DNA of 64,000 bases from an uncultured Clostridia bacterium (lineage in GTDB: Bacteria > Bacillota > Clostridia > Oscillospirales > Ruminococcaceae): contig CANQVG010000009.1 of the NCBI GenBank assembly GCA_947627235.1, forward strand, positions 2,376 to 66,375. The letters are read 5' to 3'. The notes under the pieces were generated by a model, which worked only from the letters and a program-made list of their open reading frames with translations, made no database searches and was not told the origin of the DNA. Each line of letters begins with the position of its first letter. Within the stretch, counting starts at the first letter, position 1. Shown here piece by piece: positions 1 to 8,184 of this stretch. A program made the translations under genes and the position numbers.

Positions 1-342
1 TTGAAAGCATATTTTTCCTTTTCAATGAATTTTGCGTCAGGCTGAGAGAACAGTGAGCCTTCTTTAATCTCAACGATGTATTTCCCATTGTTCAGGGCAG
101 TGAGGTCGGAGCATATTTCGTCTAAAGACGGGTGCCAGTGGGTCAGGCTTATTTCCTTACCGTCCTTTACCCAAAGCATTTCTACATATCCCTCATTTTC
201 ATCAACCGAAGCGCGGAAACAAAGTCCGTTTGGGTGAAGCCAGACGACGGTATTGCTCTCGAGGGTCAGACTGCCTTTCAGTCCGGCTTTAGTTAAAGCT
301 TGATACAGCTCCGGCGCATTTTTGGGAGCAAAATCGTCCAAG
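1..342 (-). CDS. hypothetical protein (3' end cut by window edge)
   Basis: Open minus-strand frame from TTG at 342-340, preceded by AAGGAG (plus-strand ctcctt 351-356). Translation starts (M)DDFAPKNAPELYQALTKAGLKGSLTLESNTVVWLHPNGLCF. No family recognised. Confidence 0.45.
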
Positions 343-366
343 GCACTTACCTCCTTGCTAAAAAAG

Positions 367-1644
367 TCAGATTCCGAGAAGTTTCTCAGCCGTCGCGGCC
401 TTTACCGCCACGCAGAAAATCTCCATCGCGGCTTTAAGTTCTTCGAGCGACGGGTAGGTCGGGGCAATTCTTATGTTTCTGTCCTCGGGGTCGATGCCGT
501 AGGGGAAAGTCGCTCCGGCAGCGGTGAGGGTAACTCCCGCCTCCTTGCATAGCTCTACGATGCGCTTTGCAGTGCCGCCTATGCCGTTGAAGCTCACGAA
601 GTAGCCTCCGCGCGGTCTCGACCATTCCGCTACGCCGAGCGGCGCGACCTCTTTATCGAGCGCGTCGAGAACCGCCTCAAACTTCGGCTTTATTATCGCG
701 CGGTGCTTTTTCATATGTTCAAGGATTCCTTCATAGGTCTTGAAGAACTTCGCGTGTCTGAGCTGATTAAGCTTGTCGTAGCCTATGGTCTGATATGCCA
801 TCTGGGCTTTCATAAAGTTTATGTTTTCCTCGCTCGCGCCGATTATCGCGACTCCCCCGCCCGGGAAGCTTATCTTTGAGGTGGAAGCGAAGATGATTAC
901 CATATCGGGGTTGCCGGCGTGTTTGCACTCGTCGAGGATATTGAGAATACTCGGCACCTCGTCGTCAAGGCTGTGGACGCAGTAGGCGTCGTCCCAGAAG
1001 ATGCGGAAGTCCTTGGCGGCGGGTTTTAGGTTGGCAAAGCGGGTGATGACCTTATCCGAGTAGACCACGCCGGTCGGGTTGGCGTAGCGCGGGACGCACC
1101 ATATGCCCTTGATATCGGGGTCGGAGCTGACAAGACGTTCGACCATATCCATATCGGGACCGTCGTAAAGCATCGGGACTGTTATCATTTCGATGCCGAA
1201 CGCCTCACAGATGGCAAAATGGCGGTCGTAGCCCGGCGCGGGGCAGAGCCACTTGACCTTTTCGCAGCGGCACCACGGTTTTTCGCTTCCCTTTACGCCG
1301 AGAAGCATCGCCTTTGCAAGGACGTCGTACATCATCTGTAAACTCGAGTTTCCCCCGATGATGATTTCCCAGCGTCCTACGCCGATCATCTTCATAAAGA
1401 GGCGCTTTGCTTCGTATATGCCGTCCAGAACGCCATAGTTGCGGCAGTCCACGCCGTTTTCCGAGATGTGGTCGCCGTCGAGACAGTGTGTGAGCATTTC
1501 GTTGGAGAGGTCGAGCTGCTCGGGCGAGGGCTTTCCTCTCGACATATCAAGCTTAATTCCGCGGCTCTTGTACCCGTCGAGAAGCCTGTACTGCTCTTTC
1601 AAAAACGCGGAAAGCTCCTCTTTTGAATATTCGGAAAGGGTCAT
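367..1644 (-). CDS. PLP-dependent aminotransferase (fold type I, class I/II)
   Basis: 425-aa ORF. It has an FASTSKISFPGGG motif (PLP-lysine context) and an aspartate-aminotransferase-like length and layout. Confidence 0.75.
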   Translation of the reverse strand: MTLSEYSKEELSAFLKEQYRLLDGYKSRGIKLDMSRGKPSPEQLDLSNEMLTHCLDGDHISENGVDCRNYGVLDGIYEAKRLFMKMIGVGRWEIIIGGNSSLQMMYDVLAKAMLLGVKGSEKPWCRCEKVKWLCPAPGYDRHFAICEAFGIEMITVPMLYDGPDMDMVERLVSSDPDIKGIWCVPRYANPTGVVYSDKVITRFANLKPAAKDFRIFWDDAYCVHSLDDEVPSILNILDECKHAGNPDMVIIFASTSKISFPGGGVAIIGASEENINFMKAQMAYQTIGYDKLNQLRHAKFFKTYEGILEHMKKHRAIIKPKFEAVLDALDKEVAPLGVAEWSRPRGGYFVSFNGIGGTAKRIVELCKEAGVTLTAAGATFPYGIDPEDRNIRIAPTYPSLEELKAAMEIFCVAVKAATAEKLLGI

Positions 1645-1689
1645 TTTAATTACTCCTTATCATAGTATTGCAGTCTTGTTCTATATTAT

Positions 1690-1719
1690 ATTATACCGGC
1701 GGGAAAAATGCAAGTGCAA
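1690..1719 (-). promoter_or_regulatory. candidate sigma-A promoter for the aminotransferase gene
   Basis: The minus strand reads TTGCAC (1719-1714), an 18-nt spacer, then TATAAT (1695-1690). Confidence 0.4.
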
Positions 1720-1860
1720 ATTGTGTATCCTGCAAAATTCCCGCCTTTTGCACTACAAGGCGGCATTTTTCGAGTAAAAAATAACTAAGTTGCACTATGA
1801 AAATGCAGTAAGGCGTGCTTCTAAGGTATACTGCCTGCGGCTTTGGGATGCAAAGGCAGC

Positions 1861-2004
1861 TTTTGCGCCTTGACGGGCGAAGCCCACCCGCACGGCTTCG
1901 CCGTGCGGGTTTCACAGGCGAAGCGGTTTCGCCGCCCCGCCTGTGAAAAGCCCGTCCCTCGCAGGAGGGACGGGCTTGGGCTTCGCCCTCACCAAGGAGC
2001 AAAA
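1861..2004. repeat. GC-rich multi-hairpin element A (terminal inverted repeats enclosing three hairpins)
   Basis: The left end ttttgcgccttgacgggcgaagccc (1861-1885) is the inverted complement of the right end gggcttcgccctcaccaaggagcaaaa (1978-2004). Internal perfect stems lie at 1887-1909, 1911-1947 and 1948-1977. The GCGAAGC/GCTTCGC mini-hairpin core recurs. Confidence 0.7.
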
Positions 2005-2033
2005 TTTTATAGGTTTGATACCCGCCGAACAGG

Positions 2034-2849
2034 TCAGAGGTGCTTTTCAATGAGCATCTTCACTTTTTCCACGCTGCGGCTCAGCGCTTCAAGGTCAGGG
2101 ACGCCGTCGGTGGTGAACGAGTTTGCTTCTACGGTGAAGTCTCCAAGGTACCCGACCTTTTTAAGCCCCGAAAAGACGCCGTTAAAGTCCACTTCCCCCT
2201 CGCCGATATTCAGCGCGCGTATGCTCGACCAATCTCGGTAACCGCCCGCGCGGTCGTTTAGGTGCATATGCCTGACGTTTTGCCAGATATGCAGGTTTTC
2301 CTCGGAAAACGCCTTTTCGTTTTCAAGGTCAAACTGCGCCATTTTTGTGTCGTAGGTAAGACAGGCGTCGGGGTAAGCTTCGAGCAGGCGTTTGCAAAGC
2401 GCGAGCGGACTCGAAGAGTGCGCGATGACGTTTTCTGCGGTTAGAACAAGTCCATAGCGCTCGGCGACGTGCGCAAGCTTTGGGTACGCCGAGAAGTTAG
2501 CTTCGATGTTTGTATCGGAAATGATGCCGTTCCAAAGGTGAAGAATGAGTATTTTTGAACCTATGCTCTGTGCAACGAGGCAGTTTGCCTCAAATTTTTC
2601 GAGCGCCTCGTCAAATTTCTCCTGAGCAAGCAGCTCGCCTATCTTTTTTTCACAGTGAAAGGTCGGAAAACCGATACCGAGCGTCGTAAGAAAGTCGGAA
2701 ATCTCTTTTTCCAAGCCGTACCAGTCCTCGTAAAACATAAGCTCAAAGCCGTCGCAGCGGACTTTGGGCGCAAGCTCCCCTATCAGCCTGAAATCTCTGC
2801 CGTTCGGACGCCCTATAAAAGCGCCCGTAGAGGCAAATACTCTGTGCAT
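2034..2849 (-). CDS. sugar phosphate isomerase/epimerase (xylose-isomerase-like TIM barrel)
   Basis: 271-aa ORF with an AP-endonuclease-2/TIM-barrel-like sequence (FELMFYEDWY..., ILHLWNG, HLNDR). Confidence 0.65.
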   Translation of the reverse strand: MHRVFASTGAFIGRPNGRDFRLIGELAPKVRCDGFELMFYEDWYGLEKEISDFLTTLGIGFPTFHCEKKIGELLAQEKFDEALEKFEANCLVAQSIGSKILILHLWNGIISDTNIEANFSAYPKLAHVAERYGLVLTAENVIAHSSSPLALCKRLLEAYPDACLTYDTKMAQFDLENEKAFSEENLHIWQNVRHMHLNDRAGGYRDWSSIRALNIGEGEVDFNGVFSGLKKVGYLGDFTVEANSFTTDGVPDLEALSRSVEKVKMLIEKHL

Positions 2850-2853
2850 AGAA

Positions 2854-3672
2854 TCATCCTTTCCTGAGAGTGACCGATACGACTTCGGGACGGTTGTTTA
2901 TCCTTGCGGGCAGAAAGCTGTTACCGAGTCCGCGGCTGATGACGGTAGCGCCTTGTGCAAAACGGTGGAGTCCCTCGTAGTATTTCGGAAAGAAAAACTG
3001 GTCGGGAGCTATTATACCCCCCACAAACGGCAGACGCGCCTGCCCGCCGTGAGCGTGTCCCGAAAAAGTAAGGTCAAAACCCGCTTCGGCGTATGCGGCG
3101 GCATACTGCGGACGGTGGTTTATGAGAATGTTGAAAGAGCCGTCCGATGTGAGTTTTCGAGCCTCGGAAACGGTAAAATATTCGCTGTCCTTAAATCCCG
3201 CGATATTCACCGAGACGCCGTTGTAAACAAGCGCTTCGGAATTGCCGTCGAGAATGTGCGCGCCAAGGGCCGAAATGTTTTCCATAGCCGAAATGTAAAG
3301 CTCGCGGGACAGGCGTTCCTCGTGATTGCCGGTGACGTAGTATACGGGCGCTATCGGCACAAGCTTTGCGATAAGCTCATACGCCGCGTCGGGGTCGGGT
3401 CGGCGTGAGTCGATGAGGTCCCCCGAGATAACGATTATATCGGGAGACTGCTCCTCAACAAGCTTAACAAGCCGCGAATTTTCCTTGCCGAAGCGCTTTC
3501 CGTGGACGTCGGAAAGGTGGACCGCTTTAAAGCCGTCAAGCTCCTGAGACACTTTGTCCGAGTGATATTCGTATTCGGTTAGAACGATGGCGTTGTTTTC
3601 AAAGGCGATATACGCCGACGCTGTGAGCAACGCCGCTGCGGCGCATACGCAGAGTGTAGCTTTGTGTTTCAT
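2854..3672 (-). CDS. membrane-anchored metallophosphoesterase
   Basis: 272 aa with an N-terminal hydrophobic segment. It carries the calcineurin-like motifs HLSDVHG, GDLID, GNHE and GHAHGG. It lies 4 nt upstream of the next minus-strand gene. Confidence 0.8.
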   Translation of the reverse strand: MKHKATLCVCAAAALLTASAYIAFENNAIVLTEYEYHSDKVSQELDGFKAVHLSDVHGKRFGKENSRLVKLVEEQSPDIIVISGDLIDSRRPDPDAAYELIAKLVPIAPVYYVTGNHEERLSRELYISAMENISALGAHILDGNSEALVYNGVSVNIAGFKDSEYFTVSEARKLTSDGSFNILINHRPQYAAAYAEAGFDLTFSGHAHGGQARLPFVGGIIAPDQFFFPKYYEGLHRFAQGATVISRGLGNSFLPARINNRPEVVSVTLRKG

Positions 3673-3873
3673 TTTACCTCTCCTTTAGAAAAAAGTCTGT
3701 CAGGACGATTCTATCATAAAACGGCGTGGCAGTCAAGGAAGCAAAGCTCTGTAATATTCCGCTCCTAAGTCAAAACTTTCCCCGCAAAAGCTCCAATATT
3801 TCCTGCAATGCGGTCGATGCCCGGGCTTCCCTTCCTTTTCCGCAAAAAATTCCGAAAAATTCCCGAAAAGGGC

Positions 3874-3902
3874 TTGACAACGTACTTTGGGCGTGATAAA
3901 AT
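3874..3902 (+). promoter_or_regulatory. sigma-A promoter upstream of rpmG-secE-nusG
   Basis: TTGACA 3874-3879, a 17-nt spacer with TG at -15/-14, then TAAAAT 3897-3902. Confidence 0.6.
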
Positions 3903-4107
3903 AACCTTACCTCTTTGCGGGGTGTTTTTTTGGTACGCCTTTTTTGCGTCCACCCGCAAATCGCCGTAATTAAGGCGGCGGGCTTTGTTTGCCGGCGGTC
4001 AGTTGCCGGGCGGCTCTGCCTCGGAGGGAGGCAAAGTATCCCGAACGGATACGGACAACGCTTTTAATTTACCCGTAAAAGCGTAAATTTTGTCAGGAGG
4101 TGCCGAA

Positions 4108-4257
4108 ATGAGGGTTAAAATCACACTCGCATGCACTGAGTGCAAGCAAAGAAACTACTGTACCAAAAAGAACAAGAAAAACGATCCCGACAGGCTTGAA
4201 ATGAATAAGTACTGCAAGTTCTGCCGCAAACACACTCTCCACAGAGAGACAAAGTAA
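4108..4257 (+). CDS. rpmG: 50S ribosomal protein L33
   Basis: A 49-aa ORF absent from the ORF track: [49 protein letters not shown]. It has the CxxC...CxxC zinc-ribbon pattern, a GGAGG RBS, and the conserved position before secE. Confidence 0.9.
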   Translation: MRVKITLACTECKQRNYCTKKNKKNDPDRLEMNKYCKFCRKHTLHRETK

Positions 4258-4272
4258 GAGGGGGAGAGTAAA

Positions 4273-4494
4273 ATGGCAAAAGAAAAAAAGAATATCTTCG
4301 CGCGCTTTTTCGGCGCAATCGGCAAGTTCTTCCGCGACCTCTTGGCTGAGGTCAAAAAGGTGGTCTGGCCGAGCAAGAAGCAGGTGCTCAATAATTCGGC
4401 GATAGTGCTGGTTTTGTGCGTCATCTGCGGAGTCATCCTCGTTGCGGCGGATTCCGTGTTTATGCTTCTTAACGAGCTTCTCTTCGGAGCCTGA
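4273..4494 (+). CDS. secE: preprotein translocase subunit SecE
   Basis: 73 aa with a single C-terminal TM and the motif EVKKVVWPSKKQV. Conserved synteny rpmG-secE-nusG. Confidence 0.88.
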   Translation: MAKEKKNIFARFFGAIGKFFRDLLAEVKKVVWPSKKQVLNNSAIVLVLCVICGVILVAADSVFMLLNELLFGA

Positions 4495-4537
4495 TTCCAT
4501 TCGCAAAGGCGACTGAAACGAAAGGAAAACGTGTATT

Positions 4538-5077
4538 ATGGATTCTGAGCTGAGCGCCAAGTGGTACGTCGTCCACACATATTCGGGCTACGAAAACAAA
4601 GTGGCGCAGAATATCGAAAAGGTTGTTGAAAACCGCAGGCTTCAGGACACCATTCAGCAGGTGCGCGTTCCGGTGGAGATAGTCGAGCAGACAGACTCAA
4701 ACGGAAACAGGAAAGAAGCCGAATCTAAGCTTTTCCCGAGCTATGTTCTGGTCAAGATGGTTATGACCGACGAAAGCTGGTATATCGTCAGGAATACCCG
4801 CGGGGTCACGGGTTTTGTAGGCCCCGGTTCCAAGCCGGTTCCGCTCTCCGATAAAGAGGTTGCGGCGCTCGGAGTGGACATAAGAAAGGTTCAGACCAGC
4901 GTAAACTTCAAGGCGGGCGACGAAGTCACCGTTTCGGGCGGTCCGTTCGACGGTTGGGTAGGCACCGTGAAGGCTATCAATCTCGAAGAACAGACTGTGG
5001 ACATCGTGGTTTCGATGTTCGGTCGCGAGACTCCCGCCACTCTGCCGGTTTCCCAGGTCAAAAAGCTGGAGGATTAA
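4538..5077 (+). CDS. nusG: transcription termination/antitermination factor NusG
   Basis: 179 aa with a [16 protein letters not shown]-terminus and a C-terminal KOW region ([18 protein letters not shown]). Confidence 0.95.
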   Translation: MDSELSAKWYVVHTYSGYENKVAQNIEKVVENRRLQDTIQQVRVPVEIVEQTDSNGNRKEAESKLFPSYVLVKMVMTDESWYIVRNTRGVTGFVGPGSKPVPLSDKEVAALGVDIRKVQTSVNFKAGDEVTVSGGPFDGWVGTVKAINLEEQTVDIVVSMFGRETPATLPVSQVKKLED

Positions 5078-5162
5078 GCAAATTCGCACCGAGAGGTGCG
5101 AAAGTGGGAGAACCGAAATTTTTAGCGGTTCATCATTTACCACATATTTTGGAGGTTTAATT

Positions 5163-5588
5163 ATGGCACAGAAAGTGACAGGCATTATCAAATTGCAGAT
5201 TCCCGCGGGCAAAGCCACTCCCGCACCGCCTGTAGGCCCCGCTTTGGGTCAGCACGGCGTAAACATCGTGGCATTCACCAAGGACTTCAACGAAAGAACC
5301 AAAAACGATATCGGTCTTATAATCCCCGTAGTCATCACCGTCTACGCCGACCGCTCGTTCACCTTTATCACCAAGACTCCTCCGGCGGCAGTGCTTATCA
5401 AGAAGGCCTGCGGCATCGAGAGCGGTTCGGGCGTACCCAACAAGAACAAGGTTGCAACCATCACCAAGGAGCAGGTAAGAGCAATCGCCGAGCAGAAGCT
5501 TCCCGACCTCAATGCGGGTTCCGTGGAAGCCGCTATGAGTATGATAGCCGGCACCGCTCGTTCGATGGGCGTTACCGTAGTCGACTGA
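5163..5588 (+). CDS. rplK: 50S ribosomal protein L11
   Basis: 141 aa containing [27 protein letters not shown]. Confidence 0.97.
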   Translation: MAQKVTGIIKLQIPAGKATPAPPVGPALGQHGVNIVAFTKDFNERTKNDIGLIIPVVITVYADRSFTFITKTPPAAVLIKKACGIESGSGVPNKNKVATITKEQVRAIAEQKLPDLNAGSVEAAMSMIAGTARSMGVTVVD

Positions 5589-5690
5589 CGGCTTGAATAA
5601 TCAAAAAGTGGGAGGAATATCCTTTTCCGCTATGCCGCGGGTTTTTCGCGCGGCGATACCACACCTTAAATTGAAGGAGATTATATTACT

Positions 5691-6386
5691 ATGAAACACG
5701 GAAAGAAATATATTGACAGCTTAAAGACTGTTGACAAAACAAAATTCTATGATTCCGTCGAGGCTTGCGAGCTTGCCGCCGCAAACGCCAAGGCAAAGTT
5801 TGACGAGACCATCGAGGTTCACATCCGTCTGGGCGTCGACTCCCGTCACGCCGACCAGCAGGTTCGCGGCGCCGTAGTTCTTCCCAACGGCACCGGCAAG
5901 ACCGTCCGCACCCTTGTTTTCTGCAAGGAAGACAAATATGAGGCGGCAAAGGAAGCCGGAGCGGATTATGTCGGCGGTATGGAATATGTCGATAAGATTA
6001 TGAAGGAAAACTGGATGGACTTCGATGTGGTCATTGCCTCGCCCGATATGATGGGCATTGTCGGACGTCTCGGTAAGGTTCTCGGTCCTCGCGGACTTAT
6101 GCCTAACCCGAAGGCGGGTACGGTTGCTCCCGACGTGGCGAAAGCCGTCACCGAAGCTAAAGCCGGTAAGATTGAATACCGTCTCGATAAGACCAACATC
6201 ATTCACTGCCCGATAGGCAAGGCTTCCTTTGGCAAGGATAAGCTCGCCGAGAACTTTGAGACTCTCGTCGAGGCCGTTGTAAAGGCAAAGCCCGCCGCAG
6301 CGAAGGGTCAGTACCTCAGAAGCATCGTGATTTCGTCGACTATGGGCGTCGGCATCAAGTGCAACACCGCCAAGTACGGGGTCTGA
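5691..6386 (+). CDS. rplA: 50S ribosomal protein L1
   Basis: 231 aa containing [23 protein letters not shown]. Confidence 0.97.
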   Translation: MKHGKKYIDSLKTVDKTKFYDSVEACELAAANAKAKFDETIEVHIRLGVDSRHADQQVRGAVVLPNGTGKTVRTLVFCKEDKYEAAKEAGADYVGGMEYVDKIMKENWMDFDVVIASPDMMGIVGRLGKVLGPRGLMPNPKAGTVAPDVAKAVTEAKAGKIEYRLDKTNIIHCPIGKASFGKDKLAENFETLVEAVVKAKPAAAKGQYLRSIVISSTMGVGIKCNTAKYGV

Positions 6387-6406
6387 TACACAAAATATCA
6401 TAAATC

Positions 6407-6436
6407 AAAAGCAGGTACGTTGTGCCTGCTTTTTTG
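6407..6436 (+). terminator. Rho-independent terminator after rplA
   Basis: Hairpin agcagg...cctgct followed by a T6 run. Confidence 0.7.
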
Positions 6437-6508
6437 CTGTCGGTATTTTATCCCGCGCAGTACGATGGCAGCTTCGGGCTTCACCGAGGAGAAGCGAGAA
6501 CTTAAAAA

Positions 6509-6724
6509 TTGAGTGTCCTTCAAGAGCGTAAAACAAAAAGTTTTCGGTCGAGCCTTTTTCAAAAGGCTCGCAGGGTCGAGGGGCGCCGCCCCTCGGCGCA
6601 GCCCGCAGGCTGCGAAATCCTTGCGCAGCGAAGCGCAGGAGGGTAGGTAAAACAGTCCGGCGGACTGTTTTACCGTAGGGAACCCTCGCCGGGGGTTCCC
6701 TAAATTACACCGTGTGGACACTAT
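6509..6724. mobile_element. 216-bp MITE-like multi-hairpin insertion with 8-bp target-site duplication
   Basis: It is flanked by the direct repeat CTTAAAAA (6501-6508 and 6725-6732). Removing 6509-6732 restores the unit junction seen in the neighbouring repeat copies (gcgagcatttaaaagcagcgcagcc). The imperfect terminal inverted repeats are tgagtgtcc / ggacactat, with six internal perfect hairpins. There is no ORF. Confidence 0.7.
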
Positions 6725-6736
6725 CTTAAAAAAGCA

Positions 6737-6756
6737 GCGCAGCCGTAAGGCTGCGC
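6737..6756 (-). terminator. third copy of the rplL terminator hairpin
   Basis: gcgcagcc-gtaa-ggctgcgc, followed on the minus strand by tgctttttt. Confidence 0.6.
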
Positions 6757-6859
6757 CACAATCCAACGTTATTAAGAGAAAGCGAAGTAAAATTACTTGA
6801 TTTCCACAGTAGCACCGGCAGCTCGGGCTTCACCGAGGAGAAGCGAGCATTTAAAAGCA

Positions 6860-6879
6860 GCGCAGCCGTAAGGCTGCGC
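6860..6879 (-). terminator. second copy of the rplL terminator hairpin
   Basis: An identical 8-bp stem hairpin followed by tgctttt on the minus strand. Confidence 0.6.
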
Positions 6880-6983
6880 CACAATCCGACGTTATTAAGA
6901 GAAAGCGAAGTAAAATTACTTGATTTCTACAGTAGCGCCGGCAGCTCGTGCTTCGCCGAGGAGAAGCGAGCATTTAAAAAGTA

Positions 6984-7003
6984 GCGCAGCCGTAAGGCTG
7001 CGC
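6984..7003 (-). terminator. primary rplL terminator hairpin
   Basis: gcgcagccttacggctgcgc followed by tacttttt on the minus strand, 37 nt after the rplL stop. Confidence 0.75.
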
Positions 7004-7039
7004 CACATTTCAAAGTTGTTAAGCACAGGAAAGTAAAAA

Positions 7040-7408
7040 TTACTTGATCTCGACGGTAGCACCGGCAGCTTCGAGCTTCTCCTTGAGTTCATCAGCCTCA
7101 GCCTTGGAAGCGCCTTCCTTGACAGCCTTAGGAGCAGCTTCGACAAACTCCTTGGACTCCTTGAGTCCGAGACCGAGAATGTCCTTGACAGCCTTGATAA
7201 CGCCCATCTTGTTGTCGCCGAAGGAAGCGAGGATAACGTCGAACTCGGTCTTCTCAGCGGCAGCGGGAGCAGCACCGGCAGCGGGAGCAGCGGCTATAGC
7301 TGCGGTAACGCCAAATTCCTCCTGAATCGCGTCAACAAGCTCCTTGAGCTCGAGAACGGAAAGAGCCTTGATGTCTTCTACAAACTTTGTAATCTTTTCG
7401 GAAGCCAT
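7040..7408 (-). CDS. rplL: 50S ribosomal protein L7/L12
   Basis: 122 aa with an Ala-rich hinge ([16 protein letters not shown]) and the C-terminus [14 protein letters not shown]. Confidence 0.97.
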   Translation of the reverse strand: MASEKITKFVEDIKALSVLELKELVDAIQEEFGVTAAIAAAPAAGAAPAAAEKTEFDVILASFGDNKMGVIKAVKDILGLGLKESKEFVEAAPKAVKEGASKAEADELKEKLEAAGATVEIK

Positions 7409-7493
7409 AATAGTAAATCTCCTTTTTGTAATATGTTTTGATGATTTTACGCCGCGTATACTTTATGCGGCTGCTTTTGAATCCGAGAAGCGC

Positions 7494-7994
7494 TTAGGCG
7501 GCTTCTTCGTTCTTGTCCGCGACGGCCTGAAGGGTAGCCGCGAGCTTCTGAATCGGACCCTGAAGGGAACCGACGAGCTGTGCGAGAAGAGTGTCCTTTG
7601 AAGGAATCTTCGAGAGAGCGACGACGCCTGCGGCATCGTAAAGCTCGGTGCCGATAAAGCCCGCCTTAAGCTCAAAATGGTCGTGTTCCTCGGCGTATTT
7701 GCCAAGGATACGGGCGGCGGCGGTTTCGTCGGACGAAACGGCAATGGCGGTAGCGCCAGAGAGGACGTCGGTCAGACCGTCGAGACCGGCGTTCTGCATA
7801 GCGAATCTGAGGAGAGTGTTCTTCTCGACCGTATACTTTACGCCCGCTTCGCGAAGCTCTTTGCGGAGCTTTGTGTCGTCCTCGACCGAGATTCCCGAAT
7901 AATTGACCAATACGCCGGAAGTGGCGTTCTTGAGCATTTCGGTTATCTCCGCGACCTTCTGCTTTTTCTCGTTGAGAATGTTCTGGTTTGGCAT
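7494..7994 (-). CDS. rplJ: 50S ribosomal protein L10
   Basis: The ORF track begins at 8003, but that codon lies inside the RBS GAGGTG. The ATG at 7994 (MPNQNILNEKKQKVAEI...) has 7-nt spacing from the RBS. Confidence 0.93.
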   Translation of the reverse strand: MPNQNILNEKKQKVAEITEMLKNATSGVLVNYSGISVEDDTKLRKELREAGVKYTVEKNTLLRFAMQNAGLDGLTDVLSGATAIAVSSDETAAARILGKYAEEHDHFELKAGFIGTELYDAAGVVALSKIPSKDTLLAQLVGSLQGPIQKLAATLQAVADKNEEAA

Positions 7995-8134
7995 TTGTTT
8001 CACCTCTTTAAGACGGAATTATGCCCCGAATCAAAAATCCCTTTTCACATAAAGAGAAAAGGGACGTGAAAGTCATATAAAACCCTTTCCTCGGTTGGAC
8101 TTACCTTTATGCCAACTGTCTTTAGACCGGTGCA
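7995..8134 (-). promoter_or_regulatory. probable L10 (rplJ) leader with intrinsic attenuator
   Basis: A ~140-nt 5' UTR lies between a consensus promoter and rplJ. It contains the hairpin tcccttttc...gaaaaggga followed by TTTTTG just upstream of the RBS. This matches the layout of the Firmicutes L10 leader. Confidence 0.5.
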
Positions 8135-8140
8135 AAAGGG

Positions 8141-8169
8141 ATTATATCACATATAAAATCGGTTGTCAA
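8141..8169 (-). promoter_or_regulatory. consensus sigma-A promoter of rplJL
   Basis: The minus strand reads TTGACA (8169-8164), a 17-nt spacer with an extended TG, then TATAAT (8146-8141). Confidence 0.75.
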
Positions 8170-8184
8170 GAAAAATTTAAAAAT

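Larger units (their letters stand above)
6458..7080 (-). repeat. tandem ~123-bp duplication of the rplL 3' coding end plus its terminator (about 3.4 copies, one interrupted)
   Basis: The genuine rplL end is gctaccgtcgagatcaagtaa plus the hairpin gcgcagccttacggctgcgc. It is repeated with stop codons at 6916 and 6794 (gctactgtagaaatcaagtaa and gctactgtggaaatcaagtaa). A degenerate partial copy lies at 6458-6508. Confidence 0.9.

Noticed and set aside
1691-2241. ORFs 1691-2050(-) and 1843-2241(+) across hairpin element A
   Set aside because: These are translations of palindromic GC-rich repeats (R/P/G/A-rich) without RBS. They overlap a promoter and the end of the isomerase gene.
5721-6401. 226-aa ORF antisense to rplA (also 4697-5218 opposite nusG/rplK, 7677-8069 and 7463-7744 around rplJ)
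   Set aside because: These are antisense to unambiguous ribosomal protein genes.
6458-7080. Possible CRISPR array (regularly spaced hairpin-containing repeats)
   Set aside because: The period is ~123 bp, the whole unit is repeated with no unique spacers, and the repeat is the rplL 3' end plus its terminator. There are no cas genes in the window.
6916-7275. 119-aa minus-strand ORF ending in ...[13 protein letters not shown]
   Set aside because: It is an artefact. An out-of-frame read-through of rplL runs past the real stop and ends in the duplicated rplL 3' end copy.
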